Positions 37,038-45,147 of a stretch of DNA of 53,909 nucleotides are shown piece after piece. How positions within the stretch are numbered: position 1 is the first letter of the stretch; each line of letters begins with the position of its first letter. The notes under the pieces are model-generated. The model searched no databases. It was given only the letters and a program-made list of their open reading frames with translations, and was not told the DNA's origin. Location: positions 1 through 53,909 of the forward strand of contig JBKHIT010000032.1 of NCBI GenBank assembly GCA_046538485.1, given 5' to 3'. Origin of the DNA: Candidatus Brocadiia bacterium. Lineage in GTDB: Bacteria > Planctomycetota > Brocadiia > SM23-32. A program made the translations under genes and the position numbers.

Positions 37038-40000
37038 CTATTTAATTTTTGCGGCGGATTTAGTCTTTCCCTGCAGGTAGATTGCGACCCGGTCATCGAG
37101 CACGAATATCAGGTCGGTCTGGCCATTCCCATCTATATCGCCGGTTTGGACTTCGTTTGGCAATTCATAACTCTGGCTTTCCCGGCGTTGCTGAATGCTT
37201 TTTTCAAATACGCGATGCCGGCAAATACTGTCCAGATTTCCTTCCTCATCGGGCCGGCATATTTCCATCATTGCTTTCTTGCTGTCGAACAGCAGCACCT
37301 CCTGGGGCCCTTTTCCGTCGAGCTGGGCCGGGTGGATTTTCCAGTAGCTAAAAGATTCTGATCGCGGATTAAAGACCAGGCTGGAACCCATAATCCGGCG
37401 CGTCTTACGTTGGTAGAGGACCTGCAAAGTGTTTTGTCCGAGCATTAGAATATCTTTCTTTCCGTTTCCATCGACGTCGGCGACTTTTAGAAGTCCCCTT
37501 TGCAGGCCCGTCAGGTCGATCGTGGAGACGAGCGAAAATTTGTTTTCTTCCGTATTGAGCTCGACGACTCGGGCTTGATTTCCTGAAACGGCCAGCAGAC
37601 GTGGAGGTTTTTCTTTGCCGTAGGGGACAAGGCGTTCGATCTGACCCCATTTCCAGTTGAACTGTTTTTCCACGTAGAGCTGATTCTTGTCATCTACTTT
37701 CAACATTCGGACGAATTCGGGTTCCATCAGGAGCACATCCCTACGTCCATCCTGGTCGACGTCGGCAGTGAGGAGCGGGTGTTTTTCCTGTTTTTTGATA
37801 AACTCTCGATCGGTGATAACCGGCGTGAAATGGTTATTCGCACGCCCGAGATAAAGACTTTCTTTGCCTGAGTAGGCCCAGTAGATAACGATATCGGAAA
37901 GTGTGTCACCGTTGAAATCGGCAAAGGCAAGCCCGCTGGGCTTGCTGCGAAGAGCAGTTCTGGCATGTTCTTCATCTTCGCCGAAGGTAAGTGTCTGTGC
38001 CTCCACAGCGATGCTCCCCTCTTTCTGGGCGACGAATTTCTCTGCAACCTGCCGGGCCGGGCATTTGCGCAGGATGTATCTGCCTTTTTGTTTTTCGGCC
38101 CAGACCAGTGACGGCTCTTTGCCGTGCAGGCTCACACAATAGAAAAATTCGACTTCGCCATCTGTGTTAATGGGTCGGGGATAGCTGATTCCGCTCTTTT
38201 GAACGCGGCTGATACCAAACAGGTCGTCCTGGTTGGAACAGCTGAAGAGCAGGTTTTCCCCTTTTTCTCTGCTGTACAGTGCCAGCCCGGTGACTTTCCG
38301 CGGGGAAGGCGAGCGCACAATTGCAATTCCGTCTTGATGGGGATGGAGCATCAAAAATTCGTTATCGGCTTTGCTTGAGGTGAGGATTTCGGGGGCGGGG
38401 CTTCCATAGATATCAGCAAGGACGAAATCGTCTGTGGCTTTGCCTCCTTCGGCGAGGGCAACTGTGATTACGGACGGGGTGACCCGGGCTTTTTCTGTTT
38501 TGATGGAATCGGTCTCCAGGGTCAACTCAATGATCCGGTTACGCCCTTTCTCCAGGGTGAGCATTCTTAACGTATCGTCTCCCCTTTCGTACGGCACAAC
38601 CGGTCCCTGAATGCTGGACTCGACGAGTTCCTCCCGCGCGAAGTTTCCTTCTTCATCCTGCACGTAGAGTCGTGTGGCGTACTGCTTGCTGGTGCAGAAA
38701 AAAAGCACATCAAGCCGTCCGTCTCCATTGACGTCGTGTAAAAGGTATCGGCGTATACTGCCCCAAAAGGCGGCGTTCAGCGGGAATTCGCGGTGTTCCG
38801 CACCGCGGTTCACGACGGTAAATTTACCTTTGCTCAGTGCGAAAATTTCGTTTTTCCCGTCGTTGTCAATATCAGCAATACGCAGGGCGTCCCGTGCCTG
38901 GCTGACATCTATATCGGCCATCTTACGTTTCTGCCCCCAGCTTCCGTTCTTTTTGCCGGGAATCAAGCATAAGCCGTCCAGGTCGCCGTAGAAAACAATA
39001 TCTTTGATACCATCGCCGGTCATGTCGGCGATGCGGAGGCTGTAAATTCTGTTGTGGACGGGGATACTGTCGAGTTTAAAGTCGCGGTTGGGAGGTAGCT
39101 TGTTGATATCCTCGTAGGTGAGAATTTGCCGGGGAGGCGGCGCTTTTTGTCGCCCTTTGATTATGCCGATTTCGCCCTTGTTATTATTGACGAAAAATAC
39201 TTCTTGCGCTCCATCCCCTGTCACATCCGCAAGCGTGAGACACTGAATACCAGCTCCTGTTTTGAGAAAAGCATCTCTCGTGAATTCGATAGCGCCATCG
39301 GTGGACCGAATCGGTGCCTCCATGTATTTTTTGCCGGTGTTGGGGTTGGACGGGTCGTAGGCAAAGGCATCGACGTTGTCCAGAAACTCAATGATGTACT
39401 TGGAAGGGATAGCGAAACCGAGTCCTTCCATGAAGATATACCCCATGTTGACCACCCCGATGACTTCACCGCGTCCGTTGAACAACGGACCACCGGAATT
39501 TCCCGGGTTAATCGGCGTGGCGGTTTGCAAGAAAAGGCGACCTTCGTAGTTCCGAGATGTTTTGCTTATGATCCCCTTGTGCGTTGAGCGCTCAAGCAAC
39601 AGGGGGTTACCAATCGTGAACACTTCGTCGCCGGATTCCACTTTTGTGGAGTCGCCTATGTAAAGCTGTGGTATGTCCAGATCCAGATCTTCTTCGATCT
39701 TCAAAAGCGCCAGATCCATCTTCGTGCTCACGGCAATTATCTTGACCTTCTTGTAGATTTTCCTCTTAAAGTTGTTTTCTGTCTTTTTGAAGGCCGTAAC
39801 CGTGATCGAGCGCTCGCGGGCAATGACGTGGTGGTTCGTAATTACATGGCCGTCGGGGTTACAGAACCAGCCCGTTCCCGCTCCGGAAGGCGTCTTTACG
39901 ACAACGATAGCCGGCGCCAGGTGTTCGACATGAGCGGAGACCGGCTTCACCGTCCCTTTGCCAATCCGGTAAAGCCCTGTTTTTTTGATTTCTGTGAATC

Positions 40001-40244
40001 CCTTTTCCTTTTTCCCGGAGACTTTTATGTCTTTGATGTCTTTCCGATCCAGGGGGAAGACCGTTCCAGCGACGGCGACGTAGACTTTTTGTGTGTCTTT
40101 TTTGAGTATTTGGCCAACGATTTTCGAGCCATCGATCAAGTTAATCACGGCCCGATTCGCGTGGTTTTCTGCCCCCGAGGCGAAGGATAATATGGGTAAT
40201 GTAAGAAACAGGATCGCAACTACCAGCTTTTTTACCCCGGCCAT
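37038..40244 (-). CDS. Secreted trypsin-like (S1C) serine protease fused to FG-GAP/VCBS repeats
   Basis: Signal peptide; triad TNHHV / DLALL / GNSGGP; no PDZ; about 9 D.[ND]GDG..D repeats. GGAGG RBS before ATG 40244. Confidence 0.88.
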   Translation of the reverse strand: MAGVKKLVVAILFLTLPILSFASGAENHANRAVINLIDGSKIVGQILKKDTQKVYVAVAGTVFPLDRKDIKDIKVSGKKEKGFTEIKKTGLYRIGKGTVKPVSAHVEHLAPAIVVVKTPSGAGTGWFCNPDGHVITNHHVIARERSITVTAFKKTENNFKRKIYKKVKIIAVSTKMDLALLKIEEDLDLDIPQLYIGDSTKVESGDEVFTIGNPLLLERSTHKGIISKTSRNYEGRLFLQTATPINPGNSGGPLFNGRGEVIGVVNMGYIFMEGLGFAIPSKYIIEFLDNVDAFAYDPSNPNTGKKYMEAPIRSTDGAIEFTRDAFLKTGAGIQCLTLADVTGDGAQEVFFVNNNKGEIGIIKGRQKAPPPRQILTYEDINKLPPNRDFKLDSIPVHNRIYSLRIADMTGDGIKDIVFYGDLDGLCLIPGKKNGSWGQKRKMADIDVSQARDALRIADIDNDGKNEIFALSKGKFTVVNRGAEHREFPLNAAFWGSIRRYLLHDVNGDGRLDVLFFCTSKQYATRLYVQDEEGNFAREELVESSIQGPVVPYERGDDTLRMLTLEKGRNRIIELTLETDSIKTEKARVTPSVITVALAEGGKATDDFVLADIYGSPAPEILTSSKADNEFLMLHPHQDGIAIVRSPSPRKVTGLALYSREKGENLLFSCSNQDDLFGISRVQKSGISYPRPINTDGEVEFFYCVSLHGKEPSLVWAEKQKGRYILRKCPARQVAEKFVAQKEGSIAVEAQTLTFGEDEEHARTALRSKPSGLAFADFNGDTLSDIVIYWAYSGKESLYLGRANNHFTPVITDREFIKKQEKHPLLTADVDQDGRRDVLLMEPEFVRMLKVDDKNQLYVEKQFNWKWGQIERLVPYGKEKPPRLLAVSGNQARVVELNTEENKFSLVSTIDLTGLQRGLLKVADVDGNGKKDILMLGQNTLQVLYQRKTRRIMGSSLVFNPRSESFSYWKIHPAQLDGKGPQEVLLFDSKKAMMEICRPDEEGNLDSICRHRVFEKSIQQRRESQSYELPNEVQTGDIDGNGQTDLIFVLDDRVAIYLQGKTKSAAKIK

Positions 40245-40364
40245 TGGTGCCTCCGATGTGAAGGTATAGGACTGTGGGGGAGCCATTGCTGTGCTGCCCC
40301 CGGGTCGATCACGTCTAAATTATATCGCACATGATTGTAGCAGCCAGAACATAAGAAAGCAATG

Positions 40365-40422
40365 CTGTAAATTCGGCGGCTTCCTGCTCAATATGCTTGT
40401 GGGGAATCTTTACCAAGCCGGG
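40365..40422 (+). repeat. 58-bp direct repeat of murJ 5' coding sequence (45255-45312)
   Basis: 54/58 identical, including a 37-bp exact run AAATTCGGCGGCTTCCTGCTCAATATGCTTGTGGGGA. Confidence 0.92.
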
Positions 40423-40566
40423 TATCGCTACCAGCTGAGTCAGAAAAACAGATATCTGCCACCCGACGATCCAGAGGGCCATCCCGGGAAAGACCGGGTT
40501 CCCCTCGCGGCGTTCTGGTCGGAAAGTGAGACCGCGGATCATGCCCGGCATATGCCGGTGAAAGAT

Positions 40567-41253
40567 CTACCGGCTGTGCGCTATGGGGTTGTCGAGGTCG
40601 AAGGGCTCGATTTGGCCGGCGTGGAGGCGGGCGGATTTGTTGCAGACCTCGCGCAAGAACCTCCGATCGTGGGAGACCACAACCATCGCCTGCGGAAGGG
40701 ATTTGAGAATGGATACAAGGCGGTCCCACATCTCATCATCAAGACCCGCCACCGGCTCGTCCAGCAGCAACACCTCCGGTTCCATCGCCAGCACGCACGC
40801 CAGCGATACCAGACGTTTCTCGCCTCCCGATAGTTTGTAGGTGATCCGCTCCTCATAACCGGGAAGACCGAGTTCTTCCAGCACTTCAGAAACAATTATA
40901 TCGACCTTTTCCCGGGGTTTACCGAGATTGAGAGGGCCAAACGCCACGTCCTCGGCCACGGTCGGACAGAACAGCTGGTCGTCGGGGTCCTGGAAGAGCA
41001 AGCCTGTGCGTTCGCGGACCTCCCAGAAATCCTCCTCGTCCTCACGGACCCGCCCGAAGATTTCGATTTCCCCGGAATCGGGTTTCAGGAGGCCCACCAG
41101 CAGGTGAAGGAGGGTTGTCTTTCCGCTGCCGTTCGCCCCCACCAGCGCCACCCGATCACCTTCCATGAGGCAAAAATCAGTCCTCTGAAGCACCGGCTGA
41201 GCCGATGAATAGGCAAAATCCACCTCCCGCAGATTGATAAGATCCGAATTCAT
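40567..41253 (-). CDS. cbiO: ECF transporter ATPase (CbiO/NikO)
   Basis: GANGSGKTT, FQDPDDQLF.PTV.EDVAFGP.NLG, LSGGEKR, LLLDEP. ATGA overlap with cbiQ. Confidence 0.92.
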   Translation of the reverse strand: MNSDLINLREVDFAYSSAQPVLQRTDFCLMEGDRVALVGANGSGKTTLLHLLVGLLKPDSGEIEIFGRVREDEEDFWEVRERTGLLFQDPDDQLFCPTVAEDVAFGPLNLGKPREKVDIIVSEVLEELGLPGYEERITYKLSGGEKRLVSLACVLAMEPEVLLLDEPVAGLDDEMWDRLVSILKSLPQAMVVVSHDRRFLREVCNKSARLHAGQIEPFDLDNPIAHSR

Positions 41254-41999
41254 GCCCATTCGGCCACTCCCAGAAAGACCAGTGTGACAAGAAAGCCGAC
41301 GCTGAATAGAACGTCCCGTCCGGCGAGAGAAAAATGCGTCAGAACGTGAAATTCACCGCGGAACCCGCGGCATTTCATCGCGGCGAGGACCCGTTCGGCC
41401 CGTTCGAAACTGCGCACCAGCAGCATTCCCACCAGTTGACCGATCGAGCGGTAGGTATGCCGGTTCGCCCGGGGGCGGAAACAGCGCACTTTCATGGCTT
41501 TGCGAAACCGTCCGTACTCGTGGTGCACGAGATCGACGTACCGGATGGTAAATAGGATCACATGGACCAGCTTGCGCGGTACTCTGAGGTGATGGAGCGC
41601 ATGACCGAGTTCTACGAGTTCCATCGTGCCAAAAAGAGCTGTCAAAAGAAGCACAATCGCGTTGCATTTCAGCCCCACCCGCATGACTTTGAAAAGTCCG
41701 GCTCGGGAATAGGAAAGGGGACCGATTTCAAAGAAGGACGTTCCACCGTAGGAGAAGGGTAAAACGAGAAAAAGAACGAGAACAAAGACATTCACCCCCA
41801 GCATACGCCGCAACGTGGCTCTGGGAGGAAGCTGGGCCGCCATAGCTACGAGCAGAGAAATGGCCAGCGCGCTGCCCAGAACGCAGAACCGCTCGCTCAG
41901 AGCGATCATCACCGCAAACACAAGCCCCGCCAATATCCGTGGACGCGGGTCGAGACGGTGTATCGGCGAGTCTCCCTGGGCGAACGTTTCGCAAACCAT
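41250..41999 (-). CDS. cbiQ: ECF transporter T component (CbiQ/NikQ)
   Basis: SPIHRLDPR, LRVP, IRYV, AMKVRCF, RSFERAERV..AMKCRGF. Start is 41999 or the coupled ATG at 42110. Confidence 0.92.
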   Translation of the reverse strand: MVCETFAQGDSPIHRLDPRPRILAGLVFAVMIALSERFCVLGSALAISLLVAMAAQLPPRATLRRMLGVNVFVLVLFLVLPFSYGGTSFFEIGPLSYSRAGLFKVMRVGLKCNAIVLLLTALFGTMELVELGHALHHLRVPRKLVHVILFTIRYVDLVHHEYGRFRKAMKVRCFRPRANRHTYRSIGQLVGMLLVRSFERAERVLAAMKCRGFRGEFHVLTHFSLAGRDVLFSVGFLVTLVFLGVAEWA

Positions 42000-42000
42000 G

Positions 42001-42069
42001 TTGAGTTGAGAGTTGAGAGTTAATGAGGAACAGACTGATAGCTCCCAATTATCCGTAAAATCCGGACTG
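42001..42069. repeat. Heptamer repeats (TTGAGAG) plus an inverted solo copy of the 96-bp MITE end
   Basis: TTGAG-TTGAGAG-TTGAGAG-TT at 42001-42021. CCAATTATCCGTAAAATCCGG (42045-42065) is the reverse complement of 47901-47921. Confidence 0.75.
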
Positions 42070-42106
42070 GAACAATTTTTCGGGTCCGCTCGGGGTCCTC
42101 TCCTTG

Positions 42107-42748
42107 TCATTGAGAAATGTCTTTGTCCCCGGACTTATCATCCCCATTCTTCCCGGATCGTGAGAGCAGATACGATGTGATTCCGAGGATGCCGAGGATG
42201 TAACCAATCCCGCCGAGGATGTCCTGGAGGCGGATTTTTGCGCGGGTCCTGTCGAGTTCTTCACGCAGAGGGCGGACCTGCCGCTGGACGGCGTGTTCCA
42301 CGATCCGCTTGAGCTTTGTCTCTCCTTCGGCTCTGGTTTTTTCCTCTGGAGACTTTTCTTCATCACCGGGAGGCTCTTTCGCTTTCTCGGGTTCCGGGAG
42401 ATCTTCTGGAAGGGATTCGGCAGCGATCTCGAATTGGGCACGGTGGCCGTCGGGGCTTTCGCAAATCACACGATATGACATCCGACGCCCCGTCGTGAAT
42501 TCAAACTCACCATTGTCGTCCGATTTTGTACGGTCCAGCGTCTCGCCGTCAGCGGCTTTCAGGACGACTTCCACGCCGGTGGCACGACCGCCCCCGGGGA
42601 AATAGATGAACCCCTTAATTTTTTCTTCCTCGGCCGATGCGAAGACTTTCATTTTGTGCGCCATGGCGGTTCGGGGGGCGCTGCACAGAACCGCCGCGAA
42701 GAGGGATATCAGCAGTGCGAACCGGCTCCCTGTTTTGAGCTTACGCAT
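42107..42748 (-). CDS. CbiL/NikL-like accessory component of Ni/Co ECF transporter
   Basis: Signal peptide ending AMA|HKMKVFA, YFPGG, DGHRA, QVRPLRE and C-terminal TM DILGGIGYILG. Confidence 0.8.
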   Translation of the reverse strand: MRKLKTGSRFALLISLFAAVLCSAPRTAMAHKMKVFASAEEEKIKGFIYFPGGGRATGVEVVLKAADGETLDRTKSDDNGEFEFTTGRRMSYRVICESPDGHRAQFEIAAESLPEDLPEPEKAKEPPGDEEKSPEEKTRAEGETKLKRIVEHAVQRQVRPLREELDRTRAKIRLQDILGGIGYILGILGITSYLLSRSGKNGDDKSGDKDISQ

Positions 42749-42852
42749 GGCGTGGTCTTTCCTTTCACAGAAGGGCTGGATTCGGTGCCGGCAATTGAGA
42801 AAGAAGCGATGCTCGTGATAAATCAAACCAGAGGAGGCTCCTGCGTGAAAGT

Positions 42853-43488
42853 TTATGCAGACACCACCGGCGAAGTCCTGGCCAGCATTTCGGGTTTCAC
42901 TTTTTTAAGGAAAAGGACCACGGAACCGGTCACAAAGCCTTCCGCGACCATCACCGGAAGGTGTCCGATGACAGTGACCGAGGCGATGACCGAGAACTGC
43001 CGACCGGCTGCGAGCAGTGACGTGCCCGTGAAAACGGCGCCCAGCAAAACGGCCAGGAACCCACTTCCAAATCCGCCGGCGAAAACCGTCCGGGAATTCT
43101 CAGAGCGGATCGCCCCGCGGAACAAATAGTAACAGATTACGCCGGGAAAGGCCATGTTCGCGGTGTTGAGACCGAGGGTGGTCACGCCTCCAAATCCAAA
43201 CAGAAGCAACTGAAGTCCCAGGGCAATCAGCAGGGCCGGGAAACAGCACCAGCCCAGCACCAGTCCGGCCAATCCGTTCAGAATCAGATGCACGCTTGAG
43301 GGGCCCACCGGCAGGTGGATGAGCGAGCCGACAAAAAAAGCGGCCGATATGACCGCGACATGCGGAATGCGCTCATCGTCGAGCTCCCGTAATCCGAGAG
43401 CCGTGCCGGCGATCGCCAGTGCTGCGCCCCCGGCCAGTACGCCGATACCGAGCGGCGTGGGCGGGAATATGCCGTCCTGGATGTGCAT
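42853..43488 (-). CDS. cbiM: ECF transporter S component (CbiM/NikM)
   Basis: N-terminal metal-binding MHIQDG, SLIHLPVGPSSVHLILNGL.G, FGGVTTLGLN, HLPVM..EG. Confidence 0.93.
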   Translation of the reverse strand: MHIQDGIFPPTPLGIGVLAGGAALAIAGTALGLRELDDERIPHVAVISAAFFVGSLIHLPVGPSSVHLILNGLAGLVLGWCCFPALLIALGLQLLLFGFGGVTTLGLNTANMAFPGVICYYLFRGAIRSENSRTVFAGGFGSGFLAVLLGAVFTGTSLLAAGRQFSVIASVTVIGHLPVMVAEGFVTGSVVLFLKKVKPEMLARTSPVVSA

Positions 43489-43505
43489 GCGAAGCTCTTT
43501 CGCAG

Positions 43506-43601
43506 TCTGGATTCTACGGATAATTGGAAGTCATTCTTGCCAAATCAGGGTAGAATCTTCATTGAACACCGTTCATAACCCTTCTCAGCCAAAAATCCGG
43601 G
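43506..43601. mobile_element. 96-bp MITE, copy 1
   Basis: About 92% identical (8 mismatches) to 47900-47995; lies 17 bp upstream of the cbiM start. Confidence 0.85.
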
Positions 43602-43803
43602 CTAAAAAAACGGCGCATAAATCTGACAACTTAAAATCAGTGATCAGCAACGAGGCGAACGCTACGTTGGAAAACGATTGGCTTTAACGGCTTTTTCACA
43701 AGGAAGATACAGACATCTTCCGGCACAGTAGCACTGGCCGGAAATTGTGAACACTTCTTGTTGTCGTAAACTCTTACGCCTGAACGGCATGCGCCGTTTT
43801 ATA

Positions 43804-43830
43804 TAGCCTGCATCCGTAAGATGCAGGCTA
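43804..43830. repeat. Perfect 11-bp-stem hairpin resembling two fused MITE ends
   Basis: TAGCCTGCATC-CGTAA-GATGCAGGCTA. The minus strand reads CTAG|CCTGCATCTTACGGA versus the MITE end CCCGGATTTTACGGA (12/15). Confidence 0.5.
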
Positions 43831-44000
43831 GGGGGGCGCGCCGTTATAGTCGCGCAGGCATCTGCCTGCGACCTTTCCATTGTTCTGTCAAAAGAAACAT
43901 GCAGAGCAACCTTCGCTCCCTGTGTTCAGGGACATGGAAAGGCATGTTGTTTGCCTGAGGATTACAAGAAGAGCTTTTTGGAAACGAGAGACCGATGTTC

Positions 44001-44801
44001 CTATTTCATATCTCTCGTGCGGACCCACATTAGAGCGCCGAGTTCCACGCCGACCTTTTTGCCATCGGGGTTGGTCATCTTCTCTTTGCCTTCAACGAGC
44101 GCGGCGAATCCCCACCATCCGCTTTTCGGCATTGCGTAGCTGAAGACGCCGTTCTCGTCGGCTTTTATCACCTGAGTGACGAACGGGCTTTCCGGTATTT
44201 CGACTTTGCTGTCTTCGTTCCAGTATTCAACTTCGATTTCCGCGTGCGGCACGGGTTTTCCGTCGCGCTTGACAATCCCGCGGAAGATGTTTCCTGTCCA
44301 GAGCCCGTAGGGGCGCACGAGGGGTTCGATTTCGACGGGGAAACCGACCATTTCGTCCCACCCTTCTTCGGCGCCGAATCCATCGACCACCACTTTGGTG
44401 TAATGCACGATCATCTTCCCCTCAGCGGGTTCCCAGTAGGGCGCCGGTTCGATGTAGAAGACGTAGTCGCCGGGTCGGCGGATGCGGTAATCGCACTCGT
44501 AGGCCGTTTTGCCGTCGATTTGCTTCTTCTTCAGCTGGTCCATGAGGTCGTGTTTTTTGCCGGCAACCACCACGCCGAATTCGGCCGGATCTCCCATCTT
44601 CATCACGGGGCCCTGTTCCATCGGATGGGTGAAGAGGATATCGAGGGAAACTTCCTTTTTATCCTCGGCGCTGACGATATCGTCGGAGGGTTTAAGGACC
44701 TGAAAGTGTGCGATGGCGTTGGCGGCGGCCAGAATCAGACATCCCAGGACCAATGAAAGCACAAAGAACAATTTGCCCCAACCTTTCTTACTCGCCTGCA
44801 T
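44001..44801 (-). CDS. DUF4198 periplasmic protein (NikK/CbiK-type accessory of Ni/Co uptake)
   Basis: Signal peptide [63 protein letters not shown]. Confidence 0.9.
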   Translation of the reverse strand: MQASKKGWGKLFFVLSLVLGCLILAAANAIAHFQVLKPSDDIVSAEDKKEVSLDILFTHPMEQGPVMKMGDPAEFGVVVAGKKHDLMDQLKKKQIDGKTAYECDYRIRRPGDYVFYIEPAPYWEPAEGKMIVHYTKVVVDGFGAEEGWDEMVGFPVEIEPLVRPYGLWTGNIFRGIVKRDGKPVPHAEIEVEYWNEDSKVEIPESPFVTQVIKADENGVFSYAMPKSGWWGFAALVEGKEKMTNPDGKKVGVELGALMWVRTRDMK

Positions 44802-44860
44802 TTTAACTCCCTGTAAAAAAAACAATGCTATCCACACTTTTTCGGAATCAAAGAGCCCCG

Positions 44861-44906
44861 ATTATACCCGGCCCTGTGGATAACATCAAGGGCCAAAAGG
44901 TAACAC
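44861..44906 (-). promoter_or_regulatory. sigma70 promoter of the Ni/Co cluster with a NikR-like operator
   Basis: Minus strand TTGATG(44889-44884)-17 bp-TATAAT(44866-44861). GTGTTAC-N13-ATGTTAT (44906-44880) overlaps the -35 box. Confidence 0.55.
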
Positions 44907-45147
44907 GCGCCGATTTTGCGGTCGGGCTGACATTTCCGAATGCTGGCTAAAACAGTTCTCTGGGTGGTTGGGACAGTGTGGTTGAGAGCGCTGGGTGTCG
45001 CGACGGTTTTAGAAACAAGTGTTTCGGAGCCGAATTCAGTCAGCGGTTTCAGGTTTTGGACTCGTTCGTTGTCCATACGGTTCAATTTCCCTTTATAATG
45101 TCGGAGTTAACCGGGGCGTTTTTCTGCGATGTGACAGAGGATTTGCA

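Noticed and set aside
43602..44000. Possible cobalamin or NiCo riboswitch upstream of cbiM
   Set aside because: Hairpins are present, but I could not find B12-box or NiCo consensus motifs. The stems are better explained as MITE/REP debris (e.g. GTCGCGCAGGCATCTGCCTGCGAC near 43850).
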